Shown one piece after another: positions 1 to 14,500 of a stretch of DNA of 64,000 nt. A model generated the notes under the pieces. It worked only from the letters and a program-made list of their open reading frames with translations, was not told the origin of the DNA and did no database searches. This stretch comes from Eledone cirrhosa (Eukaryota): positions 7,750,001 to 7,814,000 of the forward strand of contig OZ024744.1 of the NCBI GenBank assembly GCA_964016885.1. Direction: 5' to 3'. Numbering within the stretch: position 1 is the first letter of the stretch; each line of letters begins with the position of its first letter. Both the position numbers and the translations under genes were made by a program.

Positions 1-3000
1 GTTATTGGTGGTGATACTGTCTAATGTGGGGTGGGGTTGTTATTGGTGGTGATACTGTCTAATGTGGTGTGGGGTTGTTATTGGTGGTGATACTGTCTAA
101 TGTAGGGTGGGGTTGTTATTGGTGGTGATACTGTCTAATGTGGGGTGGGTGGGGTTGTTATTGGTGGTGATACTGTCTAATGTGGGGTGGGGTGGGGTTG
201 TTATTGGTGGTGATACTGTCTAATGTGGGGTGGGGTGGGGTTGTTATTGGTGGTGATACTGTCTAATGTGGGGTGGGGTTGTTATTGGTGGTGATACTGT
301 CTAATGTAGGGTGGGTGGGGTTGTTATTGGTGGTGATACTGTCTAATGTGGGGTGGGGTTGTTATTGGTGGTGATACTGTCTAATGTGGGGTGGTGTGGG
401 GTTGTTATTGGTGGTGATACTGTCTAATGTGGGGTGGGGTTGTTATTGGTGGTGATACTGTCTAATGTGGGGTGGGGTTGTTATTGGTGGTGATACTGTC
501 TAATGTGGGGTGGGGTTGTTATTGGTGGTGATACTGTCTAATGTGGGGTGGGGTGGGGTTGTTATTGGTGGTGATACTGTCTAATGTGGGGTGGGGTTGT
601 TATTGGTGGTGATACTGTCTAATGTGGGGTGGGGTTGTTATTGGTGGTGATACTGTCTAATGTGGGGTGGGGTTGTTATTGGTGGTGATACTGTCTAATG
701 TGGGGTGGGGTGGGGTTGTTATTGGTGGTGATACTGTCTAATGTGGGGTGGGGTTGTTATTGGTGGTGATACTGTCTAATGTGGGATTGGGTTGTTATTG
801 GTGGTCATACTGTCTAATGTGGGGTGGGGTGGGATTGTTATTGGTGGTGATACTGTCTAATGTGGGGTGGAGTGGGGTTGTTATTGGTGGTGATACTGTC
901 TAATGTAGGGTGGGTGGGGTTGTTATTGGTGGTGATACTGTCTAATGTAGTGTGGGGTGGGGTTGTTATTGGTGGTGATACTGTCTAATGTGGGGTGGGG
1001 TTGTTATTGGTGGTGATACTGTCTAATGTGGGGTGGCGTGGGTTTGTTATTGGTGGTGATACTGTCTAATGTGGGGTGGGGTTGGGTTGTTATTGGTGGT
1101 GATACTGTCTAATGTGGGGTGGGGTTGTTATTGGTGGTGATACTGTCTAATGTGGGGTGGGGTTGTTATTGGTGGTGATACTGTCTAATGTGGGGTGGGT
1201 GGGGTTGTTATTGGTGGTGATACTGTCTAATGTGGGGTGGGGTGGGGTTGTTATTGGTGGTGATACTGTCTAATGTGGGGTGGGGTGGGGTTGTTATTGG
1301 TGGTGATACTGTCTAATGTGGGGTGGGGTTGTTATTGGTGGTGATACTGTCTAATGTGGTGTGGGGTTGTTATTGGTGGTGATACTGTCTAATGTAGGGT
1401 GGGGTTGTTATTGGTGGTGATACTGTCTAATGTGGGGTGGGTGGGGTTGTTATTGGTGGTGATACTGTCTAATGTGGGGTGGGGTGGGGTTGTTATTGGT
1501 GGTGATACTGTCTAATGTGGGGTGGGGTGGGGTTGTTATTGGTGGTGATACTGTCTAATGTGGGGTGGGGTTGTTATTGGTGGTGATACTGTCTAATGTA
1601 GGGTGGGTGGGGTTGTTATTGGTGGTGATACTGTCTAATGTGGGGTGGGGTTGTTATTGGTGGTGATACTGTCTAATGTGGGGTGGTGTGGGGTTGTTAT
1701 TGGTGGTGATACTGTCTAATGTGGGGTGGGGTTGTTATTGGTGGTGATACTGTCTAATGTGGGGTGGGGTTGTTATTGGTGGTGATACTGTCTAATGTGG
1801 GGTGGGGTTGTTATTGGTGGTGATACTGTCTAATGTGGGGTGGGGTGGGGTTGTTATTGGTGGTGATACTGTCTAATGTGGGGTGGGGTTGTTATTGGTG
1901 GTGATACTGTCTAATGTGGGGTGGGGTTGTTATTGGTGGTGATACTGTCTAATGTGGGGTGGGGTTGTTATTGGTGGTGATACTGTCTAATGTGGGGTGG
2001 GGTGGGGTTGTTATTGGTGGTGATACTGTCTAATGTGGGGTGGGGTTGTTATTGGTGGTGATACTGTCTAATGTGGGATTGGGTTGTTATTGGTGGTCAT
2101 ACTGTCTAATGTGGGGTGGGGTGGGATTGTTATTGGTGGTGATACTGTCTAATGTGGGGTGGAGTGGGGTTGTTATTGGTGGTGATACTGTCTAATGTAG
2201 GGTGGGTGGGGTTGTTATTGGTGGTGATACTGTCTAATGTAGTGTGGGGTGGGGTTGTTATTGGTGGTGATACTGTCTAATGTGGGGTGGGGTTGTTATT
2301 GGTGGTGATACTGTCTAATGTGGGGTGGCGTGGGTTTGTTATTGGTGGTGATACTGTCTAATGTGGGGTGGGGTTGGGTTGTTATTGGTGGTGATACTGT
2401 CTAATGTGGGGTGGGGTTGTTATTGGTGGTGATACTGTCTAATGTGGGGTGGGGTTGTTATTGGTGGTGATACTGTCTAATGTGGGGTGGCGTTGTTATT
2501 GGTGGTTATACTGTCTAATGCGGGGTGGGGTTGTTATTGGTGGTGATACTGTCTAATGTGGGGTGGGGTGGGGTTGTTATTGGTGGTGATACTGTCTAAT
2601 GTGAGGTGGGGTGGGGTTGTTACTGGTGGTGATACTGTCTAATGTGGGGTGGGGTTGTTATTGGTGGTGATACTGTCTATTGTGGTGTGGGGCGGGGTTG
2701 TTATTGGTGGTGATACTGTCTATTGTAGGGTGGGGTTGTTATTGGTGGTAATACTGTCTAATGTGGGGTGGGGTTGTTATTGGTGGTGATACTGTCTAAT
2801 GTGTGGTGGGGTGGGGTTGTTATTGGTGGTGATACTGTCTAATGTGGTGTGGGGTGGGATTGTTATTGGTGGTGATACTGTCTAATGTGGGGTGGGGTGG
2901 GGTTGTTATTGGTGGTGATACTGTCTAATGTGGGGTGGGGTTGGGTTGTTATTGGTGGTGATACTGTCTAATGTGGTGTGGGGTGGGATTGTTATTGGTG

Positions 3001-3762
3001 GTGATACTGTCTAATGTGGGGTGGAGTGGGGTTGTTATTGGTGGTGATACTGTCTAATGTGGGGTGGGGTTGGGTTGTTATTGGTGGTGATACTGTCTAA
3101 TGTGGGGTGGGGTGGGGTTGTTATTGGTGGTGATACTGTCTAATGTGGGGTGGGGTGGGGTTGTTATTGGTGGTGATACTGTCTAATGTGGTGTGGGGTG
3201 GGGTTGTTATTGGTGGTGATACTGTCTAATGTGGGGTGGGGTTGTTATTGGTAGTGATACTGTCTAATGTGAGGTGGGGTGGGGTTGTTATTGGTGGTGA
3301 TACTGTCTAATGTGGGGTGGGTGGGGTTGTTATTGGTGGTGATACTGTCTAATGTGGGGTGGGTGGGGTTGTTATTGGTGGTGATTCTATCTAATGTGGG
3401 GTGGGGTTGTTATTGGTGGTGATACTGTCTAATGTAGGGTGGGGTTGTTATTGGTGGTGATACTGTCTAATGTGGGGTGGGGTGGGGTTGTTATTGGTGG
3501 TGATACTGTCTAATGTGGGGTGGGGTTGTTATTGGTGGTGATACTGTCTAATGTAGGGTGGGGTTGTTATTGGTGGTCATACTGTCTAATGTGGGGTGGG
3601 GTTGTTATTGGTGGTGATACTGTCTAATGTGGGGTGGGGTTGTTATTGGTGGTGATACTGTCTAATGTGGGGTGGGGTTGTTATTGGTGGTGATACTGTC
3701 TAATGTGGGGTGGGGTTGTTATTGGTGGTGATACTGTCTAATGTGGGGTGGGGTTGTTATTG
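1..3762. repeat. G-rich minisatellite, ~38-43 bp unit (GTTGTTATTGGTGGTGATACTGTCTAATGTGGGGTGGG)
   Basis: Unit repeated continuously from window start; length varies mainly by number of GGGGT blocks. Confidence 0.98.
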
Positions 3763-4658
3763 TCGATTAGAGAAAGTTAATATACGGAATGATGCCCTCA
3801 TGCGCGAAGATGCTATAAAAAAGCCTATATAACAGAAGGAAGACCCTTAAATGACAGTAAAAGCAGTTTCCTTATCAGCCGCTATGAGGAATCGAACTCC
3901 GTATCACCCGGAAACCGTTTAGGGAACTTTAAACCATTAAGATAAAAATAATCGTGGGTGGAAATATTATTCCAGATGTTTGAAGATCCGTGGTTGTTGA
4001 GGAGAGTTCAATACAGTAGTTACTGGGTAAGTTTTATATGAGGAGGTGTAAGAATTACGGGTGGTGGAGTGATGAGAAAATCAGTGCAGATGGGTGAGTT
4101 GGGTTGTAATAATTGATTATGCTGCCTCTTTTATATATATTTTTTTTCTTTATCCTTTCATATTTGTTCATCAACTTTTATGCAGCAAGCTGCATATTGC
4201 TAAATTTAGTTTTAAGCCTAAAAAAAACAAATCTAGTGGTTTTGAATTTAAAAGCATTTCAGAATACATGACGTATAGTCACTGTGGAAAGAAAATAAGA
4301 GATTTTTTATTAATAAACTGAGGAGAAAGTAGATGAAAGGTAAAGACAAAAAAGAAAGAGGGCAAAATAATGATAAAGTAAAGATAAGAAAAAAAATAAG
4401 ACGAGTTTTAAAATAATCGATCATGTATTGTAACTGAGGAGAGAAACGAAATCTTTAGTCTTCTGTCTACTCCTCCTAATACTGCTGTTACTACTACTGC
4501 TACTGCTGCTACTGCTACTGCTGCTCCTGCTACTACTATTACTATAGCTGCTACTGCTGCTACTGCAGTGGGGAGGTATGAAGAGGTGTAGGGAGGTAGG
4601 GGGAGGTAATGAGGTATAATACTAAAAATGGCAACTATATCAATACGTATCTGAATGG

Positions 4659-4741
<83 letters not shown>

Positions 4742-4836
4742 GGTGGAACACTGGAAGTTAATATTCGTAGTGGTAGAGCACTCAGTCCTTGGGACGAGTT
4801 AGGTAGAAGTAGTAAAAGAACAGTTACTTCACCATA

Positions 4837-4876
4837 CCGAGAACAATTGTTTCACCTTAGTGGATCCTCATCTCGG
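4837..4876 (-). ncRNA. Degenerate minimal type I hammerhead motif in a (TA)n-flanked insert
   Basis: Minus strand CCGAG-ATGAGGA-TCCACTAAGGT-GAAA-CAATTG-TT-CTCGG: stem I CCGAG/CTCGG, palindromic CAATTG; C3 replaced by A and stem II weak. Confidence 0.45.
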
Positions 4877-4917
4877 ACTGGTAATATATATATATATATA
4901 TACACATATGTAAATAT

Positions 4918-4963
<46 letters not shown>

Positions 4964-4989
4964 GTGACTATGTCTAATTATATATATGC

Positions 4990-6887
4990 ATGCCAGCCGT
5001 ATCGCAGTAAATCGTTTCGACTTCCGCCACCGTTCCAAACGGTACAATATCTCACGGGGCGAACTCCTCGCTCTCCGCTCCTTCCGTAGCCGAGATGACA
5101 TCGTCATCAAACCGGCGGACAAGGGAGGCGCCGTGGTGGTGTGGCGCGCGGACCTCTACACGACCGAAGCCCTCAGGCAGCTCTGTAACCCCCTCTTTTA
5201 CAGCCCTCTACCCCCCGATCCCACCCCCCTCTACCAACAACAGTCTCCTCCACCATCAAAGACCTTATCGCCTCCTCCCTCCTCCCCACACCGCTTCCCA
5301 CCTCATCGTCCGCACCCCCGCACCCCCACCATCTACTTCCTCCCCAAACTCCACAAACCCGACAACCCCGGCCGCCCCATCGTCTCCGCTTGCAACTGCC
5401 CCACCGAACTCATCTCCGCCTTTCTCGACACTCTCCTCGCCCCCTTTGTCACCACCCTCCCCTCCCACATCTCCGACACCAACCACGCCCTGCGCCTTTT
5501 CGACTCCTTCACCTACCCACCCGGCCGACAGCCCTTCCTCTTCACCCTAGACATCAAGTCCCTCTATACAGTCATCCCCCACGCCGACGGCCTTCGCGCC
5601 CTCAAACACTACCTTTGACCTTCGCCCCTCTCCCATTCCCTCCACCCCACCCTCTTTCGCCTCGCCGAGCTGGTCCTCACCCTGAATTGTTTCTCCTTCT
5701 CGGGTGAGTTTTACCAACAGGTCACGGGGGTAGCCATGGGTACAAGAATGGGCCCGAACTATGCCAACCTTTTTGTTGGCCATGTTGAGGCCCAAATCTT
5801 TGCCCAGTACACCGGCCCCACGCCCGAACTGTACGGTCGTTACATTGACGACTGTATCGGAGCCACGACCCTCACCCGAGAACAGCTCGACTCCTTTCTC
5901 TCCTTCTTCTGCTCCTTCCACCCCTCCCTCCACTTCACCACCTCTATCTCCACCAACCACGTCCACTTCTTAGACATCTCCGTCGCCTTCGACCCCTCCC
6001 ACCACTCCCTCGTCACCTCCGCCTTCTTCAAACCCACCGACTCCCACTCTTACCTCGACTTCACCTCTTCCCACCCCACCCACACCAAACACTCCATTCC
6101 CTACTCCCAACTTCTCAGGATCCGCCGCCTCTGTAGCCGTGATGCTGACTTTGAGTCCCAGGCCCTTTCCCTAGTCAGCCATTTCATCCGCAGATGTTAC
6201 CCCCCCTCTCTCGTCCCCACCGCTCTCACCCGCGCCCGTGCTGTCCCCCGATCCACCACCCTCACCCCACGCCACCGCACACCCACCCACCGTCTCCCCT
6301 TCCCAATCACCTACCACCCCTCCACCTTACCCCTCCACCGCACCATCCGCCGCCTCTTCCGACGCCTCCAGTCCGACCCCTTCACCTCCCACATCTTCCC
6401 AACCCCACCACTCCCCTCCTTCAAACACGCACGCAATCTCCGCACCCTCCTCGTCCACAGCTCCCTACCCCCCAACCCACGCTCTGTTCACCCCCCCCCG
6501 GTTCCTTTCCCTGTTCTAGGCCCCGCTGCAACACCTGTCCCCACATCACCAACACCACCACCTTCCAGGGTCCCAACGGCCACTATCTCTCGGTCCGGCA
6601 TGCCTTCCGCTGCACCTCCGCCTGGCGACGTCCCGTCTGTCGGACAGACGGGACGTCGCCTGGCGGACCGAGTCACGGAGCACCTCCGGGATATTCGTCT
6701 CGGGGGCAGTTCCCCCATTGCCCGCCACTTTGGTGGCCCTGGACATTCCGCACGCCATCTCACAGTCTGTGGCCTACTCCAGTGCCACGGAACCCCCGCC
6801 AATCACCTTACGGTCCAACAACGAACTATCTTCATCTTACAGACCTACACTCCCCCCGGCCTGAACTCCCCACCCTTATTCCTTTAG
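4990..6887 (+). pseudogene. PLE reverse transcriptase + GIY-YIG endonuclease, disrupted
   Basis: RT motifs split across ORFs 4986-5618 and 5736-6887; Cys linker in another frame (6194-7006); the 'IY' part of GIY-YIG appears deleted near 6620. Confidence 0.88.
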
Positions 6888-8378
6888 CCTTCGACCGCCC
6901 CCCTCCCCCACACTTATCCCCCACTAACACCACTAACACACCCCTCCTTTTCACCGCCCACCCCACAACTAACAATACTAACACCTCCACTCCACCCCTC
7001 ATCTGACCACCCTTCCCCAACTAACATACTAACATCCCTTCTCTCCCCTCTTCTCCTCCTCCCCCTCCTTATCACACGCACACACCCACCGGCACATATA
7101 TACACGCGCTCACACTAAACACACACCCTACTACCACCACTAACCGTCACCCCCACACCTCTCACCCCCACACCACCCATCCCACCACACCGCAACTAAC
7201 CTCACTAACACCCCCTAACCCCAAGCACACGAACACACGCATCCACTTACACCACCCACCCCACACGCAACTAACATCACTAACATCCCCAACCCCACGC
7301 ACACGTACCCACACACCCTCGTACACCACCAACTCTACACACCCTACCACCACTAACCCCCACTCACACCTGCATTCAACCCCTCCCCACCTCCCGTATA
7401 CTAACACCCACTAACACCTCTTCATCAAACTACACACACACCAGTACACCACACACCCTTCTCTCCCCGCTCCACCCACACCCTCGCTCCACACTCACTC
7501 ATCCCACTAACACCCCTACTAATACACACACACACACCCTCCTCACTCCAACTTTCACACCTACCCATCCTCGCCCCTTTACCATTCCACCGACTGCTGC
7601 TATGTCCTCTGACCACCTCCCAACACAAACAGACCACAGCACTCCCACTGCTGACCACTTCCTGTTGCGCGCGCACCCCACATCTCTCCTCTTCCGACCA
7701 TCGCTTCATGGAATACCCACACGCAGAAATTGACCAGCCACCAATACACTAAACATCTTCGGAATTTACCAACTTTTCAACCATCCTCTTACGTAATCAC
7801 CTATATAACTCACCCACACACACACACACACCCAAAAAGTTTTTTTTCTCCACACGCCACCTACACCCACAACACGCTTAAACCCCACACACACGTGCTT
7901 TCCACCAGATATCTACACCCTCAGCCTCCTGATTCCTCTCCCCCCACCCCTCTATCCACACACGCACAGACACTCCGACCCTCCCCCCCCCACACACACA
8001 CACCTCTGCCTGAACATGCAACCCCGTTCTTCCCCCAACCCTTACTTTCACATACACACACACACACACGCACACCTACACACACACACCACCTTCAACC
8101 CTCCCCGCTCGGACACCTCGTCTCCCTCTCCCCACTGCACCCGCCACCACCCCTACACACCCCACACCCTTCCACCACCTGTTTAACCCCCTTTTAATTT
8201 CAGTTTATTTTGATCATGCCTTTATTTTTAAATTTTCTCATTCCTTGTATTTTGATCATGATTTATTTTTATTTTTATCTTTATTTTTTATTTTTTCATT
8301 CGCACCGTTTCTTTCGCTATATGTCTCTCCACCACTCCCCTACACACCCTTTGAACTCTGTTCCCACACACTTCCCAC

Positions 8379-8409
8379 CTGAGGAAGGGCTTATGCCCGA
8401 AACCTCGTC
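8379..8409 (+). ncRNA. Hammerhead core in PLE 3' region (stem I degenerate)
   Basis: CTGAGGA-A-GGGC-TTAT-GCCC-GAAA-CCTCG-TC; no convincing stem I. Confidence 0.6.
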
Positions 8410-8496
8410 CCCCACCAACACCCCACTCTCCAGAGCGTGAAATTAATAAACATTTGTTGTACTGCCTCTCTGTTTTGTCCCTGTTCAAATTTTTCC

Positions 8497-8531
<35 letters not shown>

Positions 8532-8622
8532 CAAAGGAAGTGTGGTAAGGAACCAGGTGGACCATAACGTACCAGAGTACTTGATATTATGGGCTTGTAG
8601 AGTGGGTGATAGGAAAAGATTC

Positions 8623-8836
8623 AAGTCAATTGCATGAACTCATAATCCTTTATTTACTGATGGTATCAGAGCCTTGGGACATATGTCCCAAGGCTCTGAT
8701 ACCATCAACACTATACACACAGAGCTGGCATATCTAAGAACTGACTAACTGCCTGATGAGGTCATAGCCATTCAATGGCTATCATCGAAATATATATAGC
8801 AGTAAATAAAGGATTATGAGTTCATGCAATTGACTT
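8623..8836. repeat. Nested inverted repeats: 37-bp arms (8623-8659 / 8800-8836) around a perfect 50-bp palindrome (8658-8707)
   Basis: Read directly: TGATGGTATCAGAGCCTTGGGACAT|ATGTCCCAAGGCTCTGATACCATCA. Confidence 0.92.
8748..8803 (+). ncRNA. Minimal type I hammerhead ribozyme
   Basis: ACTGC-CTGATGA-GGTC-ATAGCCATT-C-AATGGCTAT-CATC-GAAA-TATATA-TA-GCAGT: stem I ACTGC/GCAGT, intact core, palindromic stem III, UA site. Confidence 0.82.
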
Positions 8837-8923
8837 ATGTTTCGTCACTATTATATATTAAGCACCGATTCTTTGCTTAAACTTTAATCTGTTATTTTAA
8901 TAAACATATATATATATATATAG

Positions 8924-9064
8924 GAAAATAGTCAGGACCCCGACGGCAGTGCTCAAGTTTTTCGATGGCCTATTTCTGGACGGTTGTGAACCATCATCAC
9001 CACCAGTAGAGTCCAGAAATAGCCGTCGAAACGGCTTGAGCTCTGCCGTCGGGGTCCTGACTAT

Positions 9065-9068
<4 letters not shown>
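8924..9068. repeat. (TA)n-flanked fold-back element (family also at 34198 and 60161)
   Basis: GAAAATAGTCAGGACCCCGACGGCAG... inverted as ...CTGCCGTCGGGGTCCTGACTATTTTC. Confidence 0.9.
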
Positions 9069-9102
<34 letters not shown>

Positions 9103-9106
<4 letters not shown>

Positions 9107-10283
9107 TAATACAATAACAGAGATAGTTTAAAGGTTATCTCTGACTGGTAACCATCTCACTCAACAAACATTAGGTTATATTTTAATATAAACCCAATTT
9201 AAGTGTTTGGGGTGCTAACAATATGTATTATGTGGAAAAGCCAGTTGTATTATTTTACGAGATATAATTAAAGTTAAAATATATCTCTCTTTCCAAACAA
9301 TTGTTTCATTATAAGTTTTCTACAAATTCGGAGAATATTTCCAGTTTATGTAGAAGCCTAATATACATTCATGTAAGAATATATTTAGGTGGACGCTTAT
9401 AAATCATCAGTGGAAGCCCATTAAACTTTGATATAAGAAAACCATTTCTTACCAGAGTTAAAAATCGTGTCTGTTAAGTTGCTCCTTCCCGCATCGAATG
9501 ACCGGCAAATTTGAAATTCCAGCAGTTTTTGACTGAGGAAGTATCATAGCGTCACTAAACGGGAAGGGGAGACAACTACGATCCACGAAAGGAGGAAAAA
9601 AAAAATAATATACACGTGGGTTAATCATTTTTTTCGAAAACATTATCAATCCAACGTGTTAAGAACTCAATTGAAATAAAAAGAATAAATATATGCGTGT
9701 ATAAATTACACACGCATATAGATATTTTCTCAGGCTAAAATCAGAGGTTGTACCTGAATAAGAAACCGCATCTCGTAACCGTAGTAAATACGGAAAGTTA
9801 TGCTTTAAAGGGTAAATGGGAATGTAAAACTCCGGCCGAATTAAGAGTAAAATATAAAACACACGCTGGTTAATTAGTTATTTCAAAACTAATATTAATT
9901 CCTCGTGTAAAGAACTCAATTAATTTAAAAAAATAAATGTATGCATGTAATTATATACATAGGCATATATATATTTTCTTAGGCTAAAAACAGAGAAGTT
10001 ACAACCAACAAAAGCCACATATCGCACAACACTAATAAATACGGAAAGTCAAATTTATAAGGTACCTGGAAATAAACACCTCTGGCCAATCAAGAGTAAA
10101 ATATTAATACAATAACAGAGATAGTTTAAAGCTAATCTCTGACTGGTAACCATCTCACTCAACAAACATTAGGTTATATTTTAATATAAACCCAATTTAA
10201 GTGTTTGGGGTGCTAACAATATGTATTATGTGGAAAAGCCAGTTGTATTATTTTACGAGATATAATTAAAGTTAAAATATATA
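9103..10283. repeat. (TA)n-flanked unit with ~180-bp terminal direct repeat and internal ~250-bp tandem duplication
   Basis: 9103-9283 recurs almost identically at ~10103-10283; ~9655-9860 resembles ~9905-10105. Confidence 0.8.
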
Positions 10284-10325
10284 CGTATATATATGTATAT
10301 ATCCACACACTCACACACACATACG

Positions 10326-10386
<61 letters not shown>

Positions 10387-10393
<7 letters not shown>

Positions 10394-10965
10394 GGGAAGA
10401 AAGAGGGAAACTGCGTGGTTGCACATGGGTTACATATTATAATATTAGTCCCTCATCAGTGATTTGCCAATCATCATTGGTATTTCATCGCATTAAAAAT
10501 CATATACCTCAGGTGCGAGCAATAACTAGAATAAGCTATTGGGACAAGTGAGTCGCGTAAAGCGAGTGAGACAAGTAAACACATAGAAGGAAAAGCAAAC
10601 CGAAGGTAGGAAAAAAGCAAGCAACATGATGGTTATCCGATCAGCATAAGCTGTGTGAATTTCACAAGCGGTCAGAAATCAGACGGTCCGACGTGAATGA
10701 GATGTGAGAAAGAAAGAATCCCACTACACACGAACGGGAGGAAGTGAGAAGGGGAGAAACAGAGAGTGGGTGAGTGGAAGTGCGAGGAAGAGGTCAGTCG
10801 AGAGAAAGTGCAACTGACAGAGGGGGTGAAAGAAGGTGAGAGAAACAGAGAGAACGGGGGAGCAGAAAGAGAGAAACAGACAATCGCAGTCGAGGTAAAT
10901 ATGTATAAAAAACATGGGAAGAAAGAGAGAAACTGCGTGGTTACACATGGGTTACATATTATAAA
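10387..10965. repeat. (TA)n-flanked unit with ~55-bp terminal redundancy
   Basis: AAAACATGGGAAGAAAGAG..AAACTGCGTGGTT..ACATGGGTTACATATTATAA at 10387 and 10909; CTGATGA on minus strand at 10452-10458. Confidence 0.7.
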
Positions 10966-11259
10966 TATATATATATATATATGCTGAAGTGTAGAGTGCT
11001 TAACCAGTGCATTTTAAAGCACCATTGACTTCTAAAGTAGAGACATAGCTAACGTCTAATATAAAGGGAATGGAAGTTTATAACAACACAACAACGTATG
11101 GAAATACACCATGTTAGCAATCTCTAAAAATGACAGTGAAACTTGTCAATGGACGACTGAGTAAACAAATGTAGAATATATTATAAAATATGCTAAGAAT
11201 AGAATATAGAAGTAGACAGGACAAGGGCATGGACACATGACAGCCGATTGACAAAGCTG

Positions 11260-11385
<126 letters not shown>

Positions 11386-11589
11386 GAAAGAGAGTGAGGG
11401 AGAGAGAGACAGACCGACAGATAAGGAGAGAGAGAAAGATTGGGTTGTGAAAGAAAAGAGAAGACGGGATGGATGGAGAGATGAGATCGATAATTGTGTG
11501 GGCGTTCAATAGATGAGAGTGGACTTGCACATAGTTTGAGAACAATTGGCAGTATGGAGCCATCACCATCATCTTTAACGTCATCACCA

Positions 11590-14500
11590 GCCTACTATTA
11601 CCACCACTACTCCCACCACAACCACTACCACTACCACTACCAATACCCCTACCACTACTACCACCACCATCATCAGTCTCACCACTACCACCACTACCAC
11701 TACCAACACCTCTACCATTACTACCACCACTAACAACACCCCTACCACTACTACCACCACTACCACTACCAACACACCTACCACTACTACCACCACTACC
11801 ACTACCAACAACCCTACCACTACTACCTCCACTACCACTACCAACACATCTAACACTACTACCACCACTACCACTACCAACAACCCTACCACTACTACCA
11901 CCACTACCACTACCAACACCCCTACCACTACTACCACCAAACCACTACCAACACCCCTACCACTACTACCACCACTACCACTACCAACACCTCTACCACT
12001 ACTACCACCACTACCACTACCAACACCTCTACCACTAGTACCACCACTACCACTACCAACACCCCTACCACTACTACCACCACTACCACTACCAACATCA
12101 CTACTACCACCACTACCACCACTACCACTACCAACACTCCTACCACTACTACCACCACTACCACTACCAACACCTCTATCACTACTACCACCGCTACCAC
12201 TACCAACACCCCTACCACTACTACCACCACTACCACTACCAACACTCCTACCACTAATACCACCACTACCACTACCAACACCTCTACCACTACTACCACC
12301 ACTACCACTACCAACACCCCTACCACTAATACCACCACTACCACTACTACCACCACTACCACTACTACTACCACCACTACCACTACCAACACCTCTACCA
12401 CTACCACCACCACTACCACTACCAACACCCCTACCACTACTACCACCAAACCACTACCAACACCCCTACCACTACTACCACCACTACCACTACCAACACC
12501 CATACCACTACTACCACCACTACCACTACCAACACCTCTACCACTACTACCACCACTACCACTACCAACACCCCTATCACTACTACCACCACTACCACTA
12601 CCAACACCTCTACCACTACTACCACCACTACCACTACCAACACCCCTACCACTACTACCACCACTACCACTACCAACACCCATACCACTACTACCACCAC
12701 TACCACTACCAACACCCATACCACTACTACCACCATTACCACTACCAACACCCATACCACTACTACTACCACCACTACCACTACCAACACTCCTACCACT
12801 ACTACCACCACTACCACTACCAACACCCATACCACTACTACTACCACCACTACCACTACCAACACTCCTACCACTACTACCACCACTACCACTACCAACA
12901 CCCCTACCACTACTACCACCACTACCACTACCAACACCCCTACCACTACTACCACCACTACCACCACTACCACTACCAACACCTCTACCACTACCACCAC
13001 CACTACCACTACCAACACCCATACCACTACTACTACCACCACTACCACTACCAACACTCCTACCACTACTACCACCACTACCACTACCAACACTCCTACC
13101 ACTACTACCACCACTACCACCACTACCACTACCAACACCTCTACCACTACCACCACCACTACCACTACCAACACCCCTACCACTACTACCACCACTACCA
13201 CTACCAACACCACTACCACTACTACCACCACTACCACTACCAACACCCCTACCACTACTACCACCACTACCACTACCAACACCACTACCACTACTACCAC
13301 CACTACCACTACCAACACCCCTATCACTACTACCACCACTACCACTACCAACACCCATACCACTACTACCACCACTACCACTACCAACACTCCTACCACT
13401 ACTACCACCACTACCACTACCAACACCCCTACCACTACTACTACCACCACTACCACTACCAACACCCCTACCACTAATACCACCACTACCACTACCAACA
13501 CCCATACCACTACTACCACCACTACCACTACCAACACCCATACCACTAATACCACCACTACCACTACCAACACCCATACCACTAATACCACCACTACCAC
13601 TACCAACACTCCTACCACTACTACCACCACTACCACCACTACCACTACCGACACACCTAACACTACTACCACCACTACCACTACCAACACCCCTACCACT
13701 ACTACTACCACCACTACCACTACCAACACCCATACCACTACTACTACCACCACTACCACTACCAACACTCCTACCACTACTACTACCACCACTACCACTA
13801 CCAACACCCCTACCACTACTACCACCACTACCACTACCAACACCCCTACCACTACTACCACCACTACCACTACCAACACCCCTACCACTACTACCACCAC
13901 TACCACTACCAACACCCCTACCACTACTACCACCACTACCACTACCAACACCCATACCACTAATACCACCACTACCACTACCAACACCCCTACCACTACT
14001 ACCACCACTACCACTACCAACACCCATACCACTACTACTACCACCACTACCACTACCAACACTCCTACCACTACTACTACCACTACCACTACCAACACCC
14101 CTACCACTACTACCACCACTACCACTACCAACACCCATACCACTAGTACCACAACTACCACTACCAACACCCCTACCACTACTACCACCACTACCACTAC
14201 CAACACCCCTACCACTAATACCACCACTACCACTACCAACACCCCTACCACTACTACCACCACTACCACTACCAACACCCCTACCACTACTACCACCACT
14301 ACCACTACCAACACCCCTACCACTACTACCACCACTACCACTACCAACACCCATACCACTAGTACCACAACTACCACTACCAACACCCCTACCACTACTA
14401 CCACCACTACCACTACCAACACCCCTACCACTAATACCACCACTACCACTACCAACACCCCTACCACTACTACCACCACTACCACTACCAACACCCCTAC

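Larger units (their letters stand above)
4990..8500 (+). mobile_element. Penelope-like retroelement, 5'-truncated and frameshifted, with long C/A-rich 3' region
   Basis: IKPADKGGAVVVW, YFLPKLHK..PGRPIVS, LDIKSLYT, AMGTRMGPNYANLF, RYIDD, KPTDSHSYL, C-x2-C (RCNTC), VGQTGRRLADRVTEH, PGLN. Bounded by (TA)n on both sides. Confidence 0.93.

Noticed and set aside
1-3762. Telomeric repeat or CRISPR
   Set aside because: Unit is ~38-43 bp, not TTAGGG-type, and has no spacers.
6890-8200. Short Pro/Thr/His-rich ORFs
   Set aside because: Low-complexity C/A-rich PLE 3' region.
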